Below, piece by piece: positions 32,840 to 43,363 of a stretch of DNA of 64,000 nucleotides. How positions within the stretch are numbered: position 1 is the stretch's first letter; the number at the start of each line of letters is the position of its first letter. The notes below the pieces were generated by a model that was not told the DNA's origin, did no database searches, and saw nothing but the letters and a program-made list of their open reading frames with translations. Location: positions 160,156 through 224,155 of the forward strand of contig CAVPRW010000025.1 in assembly GCA_963707985.1 (NCBI GenBank). Direction: 5' to 3'. Source of the stretch: an uncultured Nitrospinota bacterium. GTDB taxonomy: Bacteria; Tectomicrobia; Entotheonellia; J063; CAVPRW01. A program made the translations under genes and the position numbers.

Positions 32840-33308
32840 CTTCTGACTAGTGAGTAGCAGTCCAGACCCCATGTCATTGTCACCTTTCTATAGCGTATAC
32901 GACCTCCACGAAGAAGTGTATCAAGCCACGATAGCGGAAGTGCTCACCCGGTTGGCAGCGGGACCCCGCCACGGCAGCCGGTCACAACACGCCTGCTGGG
33001 GACCTCCCCTCTAGCCTGCGCCACCGGCAACTTGTGGTGCCTCATCCCCTTCGGGAGATACATATCATTGCCCCCTTCCTCAATGGTTCCATTCTGCGTT
33101 GGCCTAGAGCTCTCTTCGGACCGCCGCATGTTTCGGATGGATTCTTCGCGCCCGGAGGGTTCATAGAGGAGAAATGTGATAAGATCTCAAGCGTTCAGCC
33201 ATCAGTCAGGAGATGAAAGCTAACCGCCTTCGGCACCAGGCATAGGCGTGAGCTCCACCGCACGTCTTTGCCGAGGGCAAAACGCTGGAAGCTGAGATCA
33301 GGAGGGAC

Positions 33309-34223
33309 TTGCCGATGCCGTTACCCCCGAATCGAATGGACTACCTTCCCATGATTGACCGTCCCATCATCAAGTGGCCCAACAATGCCAGGGTGGCCTT
33401 CTGGGTTGCCCCCAACGTCGAGCACTATGAATATCTTCCACCCCTGGACGGGGTGCGCAATCCCTGGCCCCGCACCCCCCTGCCCGATGTGCAACAGTAC
33501 TCCCTGCATGAGTATGGTAACCGGGTGGGCTTCTGGCGGGTGCTCGAAGTGCTGGACCGTTATCAAATCAGATGTTCGACGTCTTTGAACGTCGGGGTGC
33601 TGCAGCATTTCCCGGAGATCGCCGAGGCCATGTTGAAGCGGGACTGGACCTTCGTCAATCACGGCTTCTACAATACCCGCTACATCACCGCTTTTTCTGA
33701 AGAGCAAGAGCGGGAGTTCTTCCAGCGCTGTCGTGAAACATTCAAACGTCTCACGGGTCGGGAGCTCAAAGGCCAGTCGGGGCCTGCGGCCTCCAACACT
33801 GAGCGTACCCCCGACATCGTCGCCGAGGCAGGCTTCATCTATCAGACCGACTGGAAGATCGACGATCACCCTCTGCCCATCAAGGTCAGGTCGGGTCGGT
33901 TGGTCTGTATTCCTTACACCTCGGAGTTGAACGACGCCCCTCTGATACGGCATCACTACGAGGCCGACTATTACGCCAAAATCTGTAAGGCCCAGTTCGA
34001 TCAGCTCTACCGCGAGGGTGAGGAGAATGGTCGGCTGATGTGCATCGCCTTCCACCCATACGTCATCGGCCGCCCCCACCGCATCAAGTACCTGGCTGAG
34101 GTATTGGACTATATCATGTCGCACGATCGGGTCTGGCAGGCTACCACCGACGAGATTGCCGAGTATTACCTGGCCCATTACTACGAACAGGCGGTGGCCC
34201 ACGCGGCGCGCGTCAACCAATAA
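33309..34223 (+). CDS. Polysaccharide deacetylase (CE4/PuuE-like)
   Basis: WPNNARVAFWV, EYGNRVGFWR, IAFHPYVIGRPHR. Confidence 0.88.
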   Translation: MPMPLPPNRMDYLPMIDRPIIKWPNNARVAFWVAPNVEHYEYLPPLDGVRNPWPRTPLPDVQQYSLHEYGNRVGFWRVLEVLDRYQIRCSTSLNVGVLQHFPEIAEAMLKRDWTFVNHGFYNTRYITAFSEEQEREFFQRCRETFKRLTGRELKGQSGPAASNTERTPDIVAEAGFIYQTDWKIDDHPLPIKVRSGRLVCIPYTSELNDAPLIRHHYEADYYAKICKAQFDQLYREGEENGRLMCIAFHPYVIGRPHRIKYLAEVLDYIMSHDRVWQATTDEIAEYYLAHYYEQAVAHAARVNQ

Positions 34224-34234
34224 GGAGTCGTCCC

Positions 34235-35179
34235 ATGCCCGTCGATCGGAATTACGCGTTCCCAGAGCTACGCTCTGGAATGGACCACGGCCATTATGAT
34301 TGGTCTCCCCTGAATACCACGCGACCGGCGCTCACTTGGCCGGGCAATGCCAGAGTGGCGCTGTGCGTCATCGTGACCCTCGAGCACATGGAATGGAGCC
34401 GTCCCCCCGATAGCTACCAACTCCCCAACCTCGCCGGTGGCTATGGCCCGGGCCCCTTTCCCGACGTCACTGCATGGTCCCATCGCGAATATGGCCACCG
34501 GGTCGGTATCTTCCGTGTCCTGGATGTCCTGGAGAAGCATGCGATCAGGCCCACTATCGCCATGGATGTCCTCACAGCCGAGAACTATCCGTTTCTGGTG
34601 CGCCACTGCCTGGGACGTGGCGGCGAGCTAATCGGGCATGGCATCTCCGTCAGCCGCATGATCACCAGTCGGATGTCAGAGCCGGAGGAGCGGGAATATA
34701 TCCAAACCTCTGTGCAAGCCCTAACCCGTGCCACCGGCGCAGCCCCCATCGGTTGGCTGGGCCCCGAGCTTGGAGAGTCTACACGGACACCCCGGCTGCT
34801 CGCCGAGGCAGGTATCCGCTACGTCTGCGACTGGGTGAACGATGAGCAGCCCTATCCCCTAAAGGTCCCCCAAGGTGAGCTGTATGCTCTGCCCATCGCC
34901 TTGCCAGTAGATGATGTCAATGCCCTTTGGGACCGGCGCATCGACATAGACCGCTATGGGCAAATGATCAAGGAGACCTTCGAGACGCTCCATGATGAGG
35001 GAGCCAGCAACGGGCGGCTGCTGGTGCTGCACCTGCACCCCTGGCTCATGGGTCAGCCATTCCGCATCGGCTGCCTGGACGAGGCCCTGGGCTATATCAT
35101 GCGGCATCAGGGCGTGTGGGCCGCCACTGGCGTAGAGATCATCGATTGGTACAAAAGTCATCGCCCAGCTGCCGGCTGA
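34235..35179 (+). CDS. Polysaccharide deacetylase (CE4/PuuE-like)
   Basis: WPGNARVA, EYGHRVGIFR, DWVNDEQP, LHPWLMGQP. Confidence 0.88.
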   Translation: MPVDRNYAFPELRSGMDHGHYDWSPLNTTRPALTWPGNARVALCVIVTLEHMEWSRPPDSYQLPNLAGGYGPGPFPDVTAWSHREYGHRVGIFRVLDVLEKHAIRPTIAMDVLTAENYPFLVRHCLGRGGELIGHGISVSRMITSRMSEPEEREYIQTSVQALTRATGAAPIGWLGPELGESTRTPRLLAEAGIRYVCDWVNDEQPYPLKVPQGELYALPIALPVDDVNALWDRRIDIDRYGQMIKETFETLHDEGASNGRLLVLHLHPWLMGQPFRIGCLDEALGYIMRHQGVWAATGVEIIDWYKSHRPAAG

Positions 35180-35556
35180 AGGCGGTCTTTGGTGTCGCGT
35201 CACCATGGCTTCAACCAGATGAATGAGAGGTCCAGGGCAGGGGGGCGACTCGAAACACCATCTACGAGGGTGCGGGGGATTTTGCTGGGTTCGCTCCGAT
35301 AACGCTCGATAAGGGGGAATCTGTGAAGTCGGCGGCCATCATGGCAGATTTGTTGCGACCCAAGGCGGCCGGAGCCTAGATGGGATGCAGGGAGAACCCG
35401 CAACGCTCACCCGGCGGAGACAAGAATAACGCGGCATTTTCTCTTGACACCCCCCCGAAAAGACGCCACAATCGCACCCGTTAAACGGGCACATTGGAGC
35501 CATTTCACGGGTCTCAGGTGTGGTAGACGCCTGGGCAGATGTGAGCGAGGCCAACC

Positions 35557-36687
35557 ATGAGCAGCGCGAGCGAAAAAGTGATTCACGGACTCGAAGGGGT
35601 GCTGGCATGTGAATCCAGCGTGGCCTTTATCGATGGCACGATCCCTGAGCTGTCCTATCGCGGCTATAACATCCATGACATCGCTGAAACCCTCACCTAT
35701 GAGCAGGTGGTGTACCTCCTATGGCATGGTGAGCTGCCGTCGGCCGATCAGCTACGCACCTTCAATGCCGATCTTGCCGCACGGCGCACCCTCCCATCAG
35801 TCGTTATCGACCTTTTGCGTTTGATGCCACCCTCGGCGCATCCGATGGCAGGGCTGCGTACCGCCGTGTCGCTTCTGGGGACGCTCGACCCACAGGCCGA
35901 TGACAATAGCCCCACGGATTTACGGCGCAAGGCCGCTGACCTGACGGCGAAAATGCCCACCATCGTGGCAGCTCAGGCTCGCTTGCAGATGGGGCAAGCC
36001 GCGATCGAACCTGATGTCTCGCTGGGCCTGGCTAGCAATTATTATTACATGTTGACCGGCAAGCAGCCCGATGGGACGATCACCCGCACCATTGACACCA
36101 GCCTGCTCTTGTACGCCGAGCATGAGACGAACGCCTCGACCTTCACCTGTCGTGCCGTCGTCGGGACGGAGTCCGACTTTTACTCGGCGGTGGTGGCGGG
36201 CATCGGTGCCATCAAAGGCCCATTGCATGGGGGGGCGATCGATGAAGTGATGAAAATGTTTTTGGAGATCGACCAGCCGGAGCGCGCCGCCGCCTACATC
36301 GATCAAGCGCTGGGCGAGAGGCGCAAGGTGGCGGGGTTTGGCCATCGCGTCTATCGGGCCGGAGATGCCCGTGCCCCCCATTTACGCACCATGGCACAGC
36401 GACTGGCGGAATCGACCGGGGACCAGAAATGGTTCACCATCGCTACGGTTATTGAGCAACGCATGCGGGAGGCCAAGGGCATCATCGCGAACGTCGATTA
36501 TTACGCTGCTCCTGTCCTGTACTATTTGGGCTTTCCCCTGGCGCTGTTCACCAATTTCGTCGCCAGCGCGCGCATCAGCGGATGGTCGGCGCATATCTTC
36601 GAGCAGTATGCCAATAACCGCCTGATCCGTCCTCGGGCCTTGTATACCGGGCTTCGTGGCCGCCAATTGCCGGCTGGCTATCGCTAG
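35557..36687 (+). CDS. Citrate / 2-methylcitrate synthase
   Basis: GLEGV, EHETNAST, GPLHGGA, GFGHRVY, NVDYY. Confidence 0.92.
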   Translation: MSSASEKVIHGLEGVLACESSVAFIDGTIPELSYRGYNIHDIAETLTYEQVVYLLWHGELPSADQLRTFNADLAARRTLPSVVIDLLRLMPPSAHPMAGLRTAVSLLGTLDPQADDNSPTDLRRKAADLTAKMPTIVAAQARLQMGQAAIEPDVSLGLASNYYYMLTGKQPDGTITRTIDTSLLLYAEHETNASTFTCRAVVGTESDFYSAVVAGIGAIKGPLHGGAIDEVMKMFLEIDQPERAAAYIDQALGERRKVAGFGHRVYRAGDARAPHLRTMAQRLAESTGDQKWFTIATVIEQRMREAKGIIANVDYYAAPVLYYLGFPLALFTNFVASARISGWSAHIFEQYANNRLIRPRALYTGLRGRQLPAGYR

Positions 36688-36838
36688 CTCCAGCGCAGCG
36701 TCATGCGGCCAAATCGCACTCCCATCATTCCCGCTCCCTCTAGGAATGGGCTCGGGTGAAAGAGTTGCGAGATCTTGCCAAGCAGGCTTTATGTGACATT
36801 CTCCCAAGTCGAGAGGCACAACACAAGGAGCACTATCC

Positions 36839-38011
36839 ATGCAACTAAAAATCCCGGCATCTTTCTGGCGCGGTGGTACCAGCCGTGCCGTATTTTTCAA
36901 GGAAGAAGACCTGGCTTCCTATGACGCCCCGACGCGCGACCTCATCATCCTGGCCGCCTTGGGCAGCCCGGACCCCTATGGCAGGCAGGTCGACGGTCTG
37001 GGCGGTGGCATCTCGTCACTCAGTAAAGTGGGAATCATCGGTCGTGGCTCCAACCCTGAGACGGATGTGCGCTTTACCTTTGGACAGGTGGATGTCGAAC
37101 GCCCCTTCGTCGATTACCTGGGGACCTGTGGCAATATGTCGGCCGCCATTGGGCCATTCGCCCTCGATGAAGGGTGGGTGCAGCCCATCGAGCCGGTCAC
37201 TCCTGTCCGGGTGCTGTTGACCAACACCGGCAAGCATTACCTGGCGTATGTGCCAGTCCGTGACGGACAGGCAGAGACGGAGGGGGATTACAGTATCGAC
37301 GGCGTCCCCGGCCCAGGGGCGCGTATCGCGCTCGAGTTCCTTGATGCCGGTGGGTCAACGGGAGGGCGTCTGCTGCCAACCGGGCACGCGACTGACATGT
37401 TGGTACTCGAAAGCGGTCGGCGGGTGACAGTGTCCCTGGTCGACGCTGCCGCCCCCATGGTCTTTGTGCTGGCCGAAGAAGTGGGCACCAGCGCCACGGA
37501 GTTGCCGCAAGACCTGGATGCGAACCGTGCACTGCAAGGATTGCTCGAGGATATTCGCGCCCAAGCCGCGGTGCAACTGGGCATGGCTGACAACGTGGCG
37601 CAGGCGCGGGAAAAAGTCAAGGCCGTCCCCAAAATCGCCATGGTGGCGCCGCCGACTGCGTTCCGTACCACCAGAGATACGCCCATCAGCGCCGATCAGG
37701 TCGACCTGGTGTCACGCATGATCTCGATGGGCAAGACGCACCGCACGTTCGCCGGTACCTCTTCGATGTGCTTGGCAGTGGCAGCGGCGATCCCCGGCAC
37801 AGTTGTCCATGCTGTCGCCCGCCAGGCATTGCCGGATCGGTTGCGCATCGGTCATCCCGCCGGCATCATGGAAGTGGGCGCCAAGGTGCGCCCCGAAGAC
37901 GACGATTGGCGTGTGGAGAGCGTCACCACACAGCGTACCGCCCGCCGCATCATGGACGGCTTCATTTACGTGCCGCAAAGCTATATCCAGGGCAAACCCT
38001 GGTTTGCGTAA
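36839..38011 (+). CDS. prpF: PrpF-family isomerase
   Basis: RGGTSRAVFF, QVDGLGGG.SSLSK, CGNMSAA, IGHPAG, RTARRIMDG. Confidence 0.88.
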   Translation: MQLKIPASFWRGGTSRAVFFKEEDLASYDAPTRDLIILAALGSPDPYGRQVDGLGGGISSLSKVGIIGRGSNPETDVRFTFGQVDVERPFVDYLGTCGNMSAAIGPFALDEGWVQPIEPVTPVRVLLTNTGKHYLAYVPVRDGQAETEGDYSIDGVPGPGARIALEFLDAGGSTGGRLLPTGHATDMLVLESGRRVTVSLVDAAAPMVFVLAEEVGTSATELPQDLDANRALQGLLEDIRAQAAVQLGMADNVAQAREKVKAVPKIAMVAPPTAFRTTRDTPISADQVDLVSRMISMGKTHRTFAGTSSMCLAVAAAIPGTVVHAVARQALPDRLRIGHPAGIMEVGAKVRPEDDDWRVESVTTQRTARRIMDGFIYVPQSYIQGKPWFA

Positions 38012-38019
38012 ACACGAGT

Positions 38020-38054
38020 TCCCTCACCTTGCCCTTCTCCCAGGGGGAGAGGGA
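38020..38054. repeat. REP-like palindrome
   Basis: TCCCTCACCTTGCCCTTCTCCCAGGGGGAGAGGGA. Confidence 0.5.
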
Positions 38055-38069
38055 TGAGAATCGAGCGCC

Positions 38070-40007
38070 ATGAATCTGACTCACAAGCTCATCAAATCCC
38101 ACCTGATCAGCGGTGACATGACGCCGGGGGCCGAGATCGCGCTACGCATCGACCAAACCCTGACGCAGGATGCCCTTGGCACATTGTGTTACCTACAATT
38201 CGAAGCCATGGGCGTGCCGCGCGTGCGCACCAAGCTGTCGGTAAGCTACGTCGATCACCAGCTGCTGCAGGCCGATTTTCGCAATGCCGATGATCATGCG
38301 TATTTACAGGATATCGCGGCGCAGTACGGCATTTACTATTCGCGTCCCGGCAATGGCATCTGCCATCAGGTGCATCTCGAACGCTTCGCGGCGCCCGGCG
38401 ATATATTGCTCGGTACCGACAGCCACACGCCGACCTGCGGCGGCATGGGCATGCTGGCCATCGGCGCTGGCGGACTCGATGTGGCTGTCGCCATGGCCGG
38501 CAGCCCTTACGTCTTGCGCATGCCGAAAGTGCTGGGGGTCGAGCTGCTTGGCCGCTTGTCATTTGGTGTCACCGCCAAGGATATTATCTTCGAGGTTCTG
38601 CAACGTCTCACCGTCAAGGGCGGTATCGGGCGCATCCTAGAATACTACGGCCCGGGTGTCGCCAGCCTCGAAGTGCCGGAACGCGGTACGATCGCCAACA
38701 TGGGCGCCGAGCTGGGGGCGACCACATCGATCTTTCCAAGCGATCGCCGGACGCGGGCCTATCTCAAGCGTCAGGGGCGCGAGGCGGCATACTCGGCGCA
38801 ACAGCCTGACCCTGATGCCACCTACGATGAGCAGGTGCGCGTCCATCTCGACCAGGTTGAGCCATTGATCGCCTGCCCAGATAGCCCTGATAACGTCTGT
38901 CCCGTACGACAGGTGGCGGGCACGGCGGTGGATCAGGTGGCGGTCGGGAGCTGCACGAATTCATCCTATGCCGATCTGATGGCAGTAGCCGAAATCCTGA
39001 AGGGACGCAAAGTGCACCCCCGCGTCAACCTGGTGGTTAGCCCAGGGTCGAAGCAGGTGTACCAGATGATCGCCCGCAACGGCGCTCTGGCTGAGCTGAT
39101 CGCCGCTGGGGCACGCATTCTGGAGTCGGCTTGTGGACCGTGCGCCGGGATGGGCCAGGTGCCGCCATCGGGTGGCGTGTCGGTACGTTCGTTCAACCGC
39201 AATTTCCCCGGCCGCAGCGGTGGCACCGACAATCGCGTCTATCTCGCCAGCCCAGCCGTGTGCGCTGCGTCAGCCATCGCTGGCGAAATCACCGATCCGC
39301 GCGATCTTGGCACACCGCGGCGCTTTCGCCTTCCCGCACGCTACATCGTCGACGACAGCGGTATCCTACCGCCAGCGTCCGATCCAGCCCAGGTGCAGAT
39401 TCGCCGTGGTCCGAATATCAAGCCCTTGCCGACACGCGGGCCATTGGCAGACCCTATCACTGGTGAGGTCTTGATCAAGCTGGGGGACAACATTTCCACC
39501 GATACTATTCTCCCGGCTGGCGCCCAGGTGCTGCCGTTGCGCTCGAATATCCCGGCCATCGCCGAGTTCGTCTTCCACTATCCGGACCCAAGCTTCGTCG
39601 CACGTGCGAAGGCCAAGGGGGGCGGGGTCATCGTCGCCGGTCAGAACTATGGCCAGGGGAGTTCGCGTGAACATGCGGCGATGTGCCCGATGTACCTCGG
39701 CGTCAAGGCCATCCTGACCAAGTCCTTCGCCCGCATCCACCACGACAATCTGGTCAACTTCGGGGTGTTGCCGCTGACTTTTGCCCACGAGGCCGATTAC
39801 GATGCCATCGAGCCAGGGGATGTGCTGGAGATTCGTGATATCGGCCAACGTGTGCGTGACGGGGCCAGCACACTGGATATCGTCAATATCTCCAAAGGGG
39901 CCACCATCACCACCCATCTGAACCTGTTGCCACGTTTACGGAATATTTTACTCGCGGGTGGCTTACTGAATTTCGTCGGACAGGCCGCAAAGGAGGCCAT
40001 GGCATGA
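38070..40007 (+). CDS. Aconitate hydratase (about 645-aa type)
   Basis: TLTQDALG, GICHQV, DSHT, GSCTN, CGPCAG, NRNF, GSSREHAA. Confidence 0.92.
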   Translation: MNLTHKLIKSHLISGDMTPGAEIALRIDQTLTQDALGTLCYLQFEAMGVPRVRTKLSVSYVDHQLLQADFRNADDHAYLQDIAAQYGIYYSRPGNGICHQVHLERFAAPGDILLGTDSHTPTCGGMGMLAIGAGGLDVAVAMAGSPYVLRMPKVLGVELLGRLSFGVTAKDIIFEVLQRLTVKGGIGRILEYYGPGVASLEVPERGTIANMGAELGATTSIFPSDRRTRAYLKRQGREAAYSAQQPDPDATYDEQVRVHLDQVEPLIACPDSPDNVCPVRQVAGTAVDQVAVGSCTNSSYADLMAVAEILKGRKVHPRVNLVVSPGSKQVYQMIARNGALAELIAAGARILESACGPCAGMGQVPPSGGVSVRSFNRNFPGRSGGTDNRVYLASPAVCAASAIAGEITDPRDLGTPRRFRLPARYIVDDSGILPPASDPAQVQIRRGPNIKPLPTRGPLADPITGEVLIKLGDNISTDTILPAGAQVLPLRSNIPAIAEFVFHYPDPSFVARAKAKGGGVIVAGQNYGQGSSREHAAMCPMYLGVKAILTKSFARIHHDNLVNFGVLPLTFAHEADYDAIEPGDVLEIRDIGQRVRDGASTLDIVNISKGATITTHLNLLPRLRNILLAGGLLNFVGQAAKEAMA

Positions 40008-41026
40008 GGGACTTGCCACTGTTGCCGACCACCGTGGTCGGCTCACATGGGCATCCGGGCTGGTGGCATGAGGGCAAAGCCGCCTACGAAGCAGGGAAAT
40101 GGGGCACATACGACCTGGAAGAATTGTTCAACGACGCCGCCGATATCGCCATCCTGGATCAGGAGCGGGCAGGGGTCGACATCATTACGGATGGCGAGGT
40201 GCGGCGCCTCGACGGCTATGTGGATAGCTACTACAGTATCATCGAAGGCCTGCGCCCCATTCCATCCGCGCGGCAAGCGGGGCCCTGGGGCTATGACCAG
40301 CAGACACGCTACGAGGCCGTCGGCAAGATCAAAGTGCCAAGTGGCCTGGGCATCGTGCAGGAGTTTGAGTATTTAAGGGCGCACACCGCTCGCGCCACCA
40401 AAGCCACCTGCGCTGGCCCCCTGACGTTCGGCTCACGCGTGCGGCCGGGTAGGGCTTATAAAGATGTCGTCGAGGTCTCGGAGGAGTTTGCCCACGTCAT
40501 CAATGAAGAGCTGAAGGCTTTGGCGGACGCTGGCGCCGATTTCATCCAGATCGACGAGCCTGCCCGCGGCAATGTCAGCGGTGAGGAGATGGCTCGCCTG
40601 TTCAACATGGCGACGCAGGGAGTCACGGCCAAGCTGGCGTTTCATATCTGTTTCGGCAATCGCTTTGGCAGGGCCCGCTTCAAGCGCAGCTATCAAGACT
40701 ACTTCCCCGGGGTGCTGGAGGCACGTACCGATCAGTTCGTGCTCGAGTTCGCCAGCCGTGAGCTGGCCGAGATCGAGCTCTGGCCTCAGTGGGATGATGG
40801 CCGTGAACTGGGCGCCGGCGTGATCGATGTGAAATCGTTTCACCCGGAGACGCCCGAGGACGTGGCGATGCGCATTCGACGACTGCTGCAGTATGTGAAC
40901 CCTGAGAAACTCTATCTCAACCCGGACTGTGGGTTTGGCTGGAGCCCCCGCGGCATGTGTGTGCAAAAGCTGCAAGCCATGGTGGCTGGAGCGCAGATCG
41001 TGCGCGCAGAGCTGGGCAGGGTGTGA
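40004..41026 (+). CDS. Single-barrel MetE-like (cobalamin-independent methionine synthase II family) protein
   Basis: TTVVGS, DIITDGE, IQIDEP, HICFGN, PDCG (Zn ligands). Confidence 0.85.
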   Translation: MRDLPLLPTTVVGSHGHPGWWHEGKAAYEAGKWGTYDLEELFNDAADIAILDQERAGVDIITDGEVRRLDGYVDSYYSIIEGLRPIPSARQAGPWGYDQQTRYEAVGKIKVPSGLGIVQEFEYLRAHTARATKATCAGPLTFGSRVRPGRAYKDVVEVSEEFAHVINEELKALADAGADFIQIDEPARGNVSGEEMARLFNMATQGVTAKLAFHICFGNRFGRARFKRSYQDYFPGVLEARTDQFVLEFASRELAEIELWPQWDDGRELGAGVIDVKSFHPETPEDVAMRIRRLLQYVNPEKLYLNPDCGFGWSPRGMCVQKLQAMVAGAQIVRAELGRV

Positions 41027-41096
41027 GGACAGGGCTAAGGGCTGAGATGAGAAGGCTGTTCGCTCAGTCGTCAGCACTTTTTTTGAAGGAGAGAGC

Positions 41097-42776
41097 ATGG
41101 CCGAAATGTCTGGGAAGCATGCCCTGGCAGAGCTACTCCGCCAGGAGGGTGTCGAGTACATCTTCGGCAACCCGGGGACGACCGAGTTACCCTTGATGGA
41201 TGTGCTCGCCCAGCGCGATGATCTGCGGTATATCCTGTCATTGCACGAGGGGGTAGCTCTGGCCATGGCCGCAGGCTATGCTGAGGCCTCGGGGAAGATC
41301 GGTGTGAGTAATTTTCACGTCGCCCCTGGTCTGGGCAATGCTCTGGGACTGATTTACACCGCCTATATGGGACGAACCCCACTGCTGGTGACGGCCGGTC
41401 AGCAAGATCGGCGCATGCAATTGGAAGAACCCTTGCTGTGGGGCGATCTCGTGCAGATGGCACGGCCTTATACCAAGTGGTCTTATGAAATCTCCCGCCC
41501 TGAAGACCTGCCGCAAGCGGTGCGACGGGCCATCAAAGTAGCCATGACGCCCCCGACTGGACCGGTTTTTCTATCGCTTCCCATGGATGTCTTAGAAGCA
41601 TCGGCTGACTTCGATCTGTCGCCTACCACACGGCCCGACCTGCGCGCGGGACCACTGCCGGAGCTGCTGGCCCAGGCAGCCGAGGTGCTGGGCACGGCGA
41701 ACACCCCGACGATTATCGTTGGCGATCGCGTGTCCAAGTCGGGAGCGCTAGCAGAGGCCGTCGAGCTAGCCGAGACGCTTGGGGCCCGGGTCTATGCTGA
41801 ACCGCAGGCGAACTCCGTGGCTTTTCCGTCCGAGCATCCGCTCTTCGCCGGTGTGTTACCGGGTCTGAGTCAGGGGATTCGTCGAGCCCTGGAGCCGGCG
41901 GATGTATTGCTGGTGATCGGCTTGAACCTGTTTCAACCGTTTTTGTATACGGCTAGAGGCCCATTACCGGATGGCATGACGGTCGTGCACATCGATTCAG
42001 ATGCGTGGGAAGTGGGGAAAACTTATCCGGTCAAGGTGGGCATCGTTGCCGATCCCAAAGCGGCTATGGCGCAACTGACGCCGCTGCTGCGCCAGCGTAT
42101 GACCACAGCGCAGCAGGATGCCGCCAGGAGTCGCCTGGAGGCCGAGCGCGAGCTGCGCCTGCAAGAACACCGGAGTCTGGAGACACGCACCGCCGAAGAT
42201 GATGCGAAAGAGCCCATGTCTCCCCTCGTGTTGATGCGCGAAGTGGCCCATGCCCTGCCCGACGATGCTGTGGTGGTGAATGAATCCATCACGGCTGGTG
42301 GCACGCTGCGGGCATGGCTGAAACTCAAGGATGACAAGAGCTTCTTCCAGGCCAAGGGGGGAGGGCTCGGGTTCGGCTTACCTGCCGTCGTGGGCGTCAA
42401 ACTGGCGCTACCGCAGCGTCCGGTGGTTGGTCTCATTGGCGAGGGCAGCGCCATGTATGCCATCCAGGGCTTGTGGACGGCGGCCCACTATGACCTATCG
42501 GTGGTGTTTGTGATCTGCAACAACGCCCAATATCGTATTCTCAAATCCGGCTTGCTCGCCTTCCGCAGCGAGCCCGCCAAACAGGGCAAATTCGTCGGTA
42601 TGGATCTTGTCCAGCCCGAAATCGATTTCGTTGCACTGGCAGAGTCTATGGGGGTGGCGGCCGGGCGCGTGACGCAGCCCAAGGATGTAGGCCCTGCCCT
42701 ACAGCAGGCATTGTCCCGCCCTGGCCCATCGCTTATTGATATCCCCATCGATCGGTCGGTGCGGGCGTTGTTCTGA
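41097..42776 (+). CDS. ThDP-dependent enzyme, benzoylformate decarboxylase-like
   Basis: IFGNPGTTELP, LHEGVA, GEGSAMY...NN. Confidence 0.88.
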   Translation: MAEMSGKHALAELLRQEGVEYIFGNPGTTELPLMDVLAQRDDLRYILSLHEGVALAMAAGYAEASGKIGVSNFHVAPGLGNALGLIYTAYMGRTPLLVTAGQQDRRMQLEEPLLWGDLVQMARPYTKWSYEISRPEDLPQAVRRAIKVAMTPPTGPVFLSLPMDVLEASADFDLSPTTRPDLRAGPLPELLAQAAEVLGTANTPTIIVGDRVSKSGALAEAVELAETLGARVYAEPQANSVAFPSEHPLFAGVLPGLSQGIRRALEPADVLLVIGLNLFQPFLYTARGPLPDGMTVVHIDSDAWEVGKTYPVKVGIVADPKAAMAQLTPLLRQRMTTAQQDAARSRLEAERELRLQEHRSLETRTAEDDAKEPMSPLVLMREVAHALPDDAVVVNESITAGGTLRAWLKLKDDKSFFQAKGGGLGFGLPAVVGVKLALPQRPVVGLIGEGSAMYAIQGLWTAAHYDLSVVFVICNNAQYRILKSGLLAFRSEPAKQGKFVGMDLVQPEIDFVALAESMGVAAGRVTQPKDVGPALQQALSRPGPSLIDIPIDRSVRALF

Positions 42777-42792
42777 GGTGAAAAAGTTGCCT

Positions 42793-43344
42793 ATGGCCAC
42801 CAAACCTAAGGCCACGATTGAAGACCTCTATCGCGTGCCTGACAACGGCAAAGCTGAGATCGTCAACGGAGAATTGGTGCTCATGGCTCCGACAGGGTTT
42901 TTGCCTAGTCGCGCCAGTTTGAACATTGCTGCAAGCTTGCGCCAGTACGAGCGCCAGACCGGGATGGGATATGCCTTCGCCGACAATGCCGGTTTTCGAG
43001 TGAATCTGCCGAATCGTGAGTCGTTCAGCCCTGATGCAGCCTTCTACACTGGCAGTCGTACAGGGATGAGAATTCTCGAAGGCGCTCCGATCTTCGCCGT
43101 TGAAATCAGGAGTGAAGGCGACTATGGCCCTGCTGCAGAAAGAGCATTGGCGGAGAAACGAGCTGATTATTTCGCCGCCGGTACTCTCATCGTCTGGGAC
43201 GTTGATCTGCTGAGCGATGATATGATTAGGGCATACCACGTCAGCGCCCCCGACCAGCCAACCATTGTCCGACGGAAAGAAATCGCCGAAGCTGAGCCGG
43301 CCCTGCCTGGTTGGCGCATGCCTGTTGACGAGTTGTTTGCCTGA
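42793..43344 (+). CDS. Uma2-family endonuclease
   Basis: AEIVNGEL, SPDAAF, AVEIRS, DYFAAG. Confidence 0.85.
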   Translation: MATKPKATIEDLYRVPDNGKAEIVNGELVLMAPTGFLPSRASLNIAASLRQYERQTGMGYAFADNAGFRVNLPNRESFSPDAAFYTGSRTGMRILEGAPIFAVEIRSEGDYGPAAERALAEKRADYFAAGTLIVWDVDLLSDDMIRAYHVSAPDQPTIVRRKEIAEAEPALPGWRMPVDELFA

Positions 43345-43363
43345 CTGATCAAAGGGGGACAAG

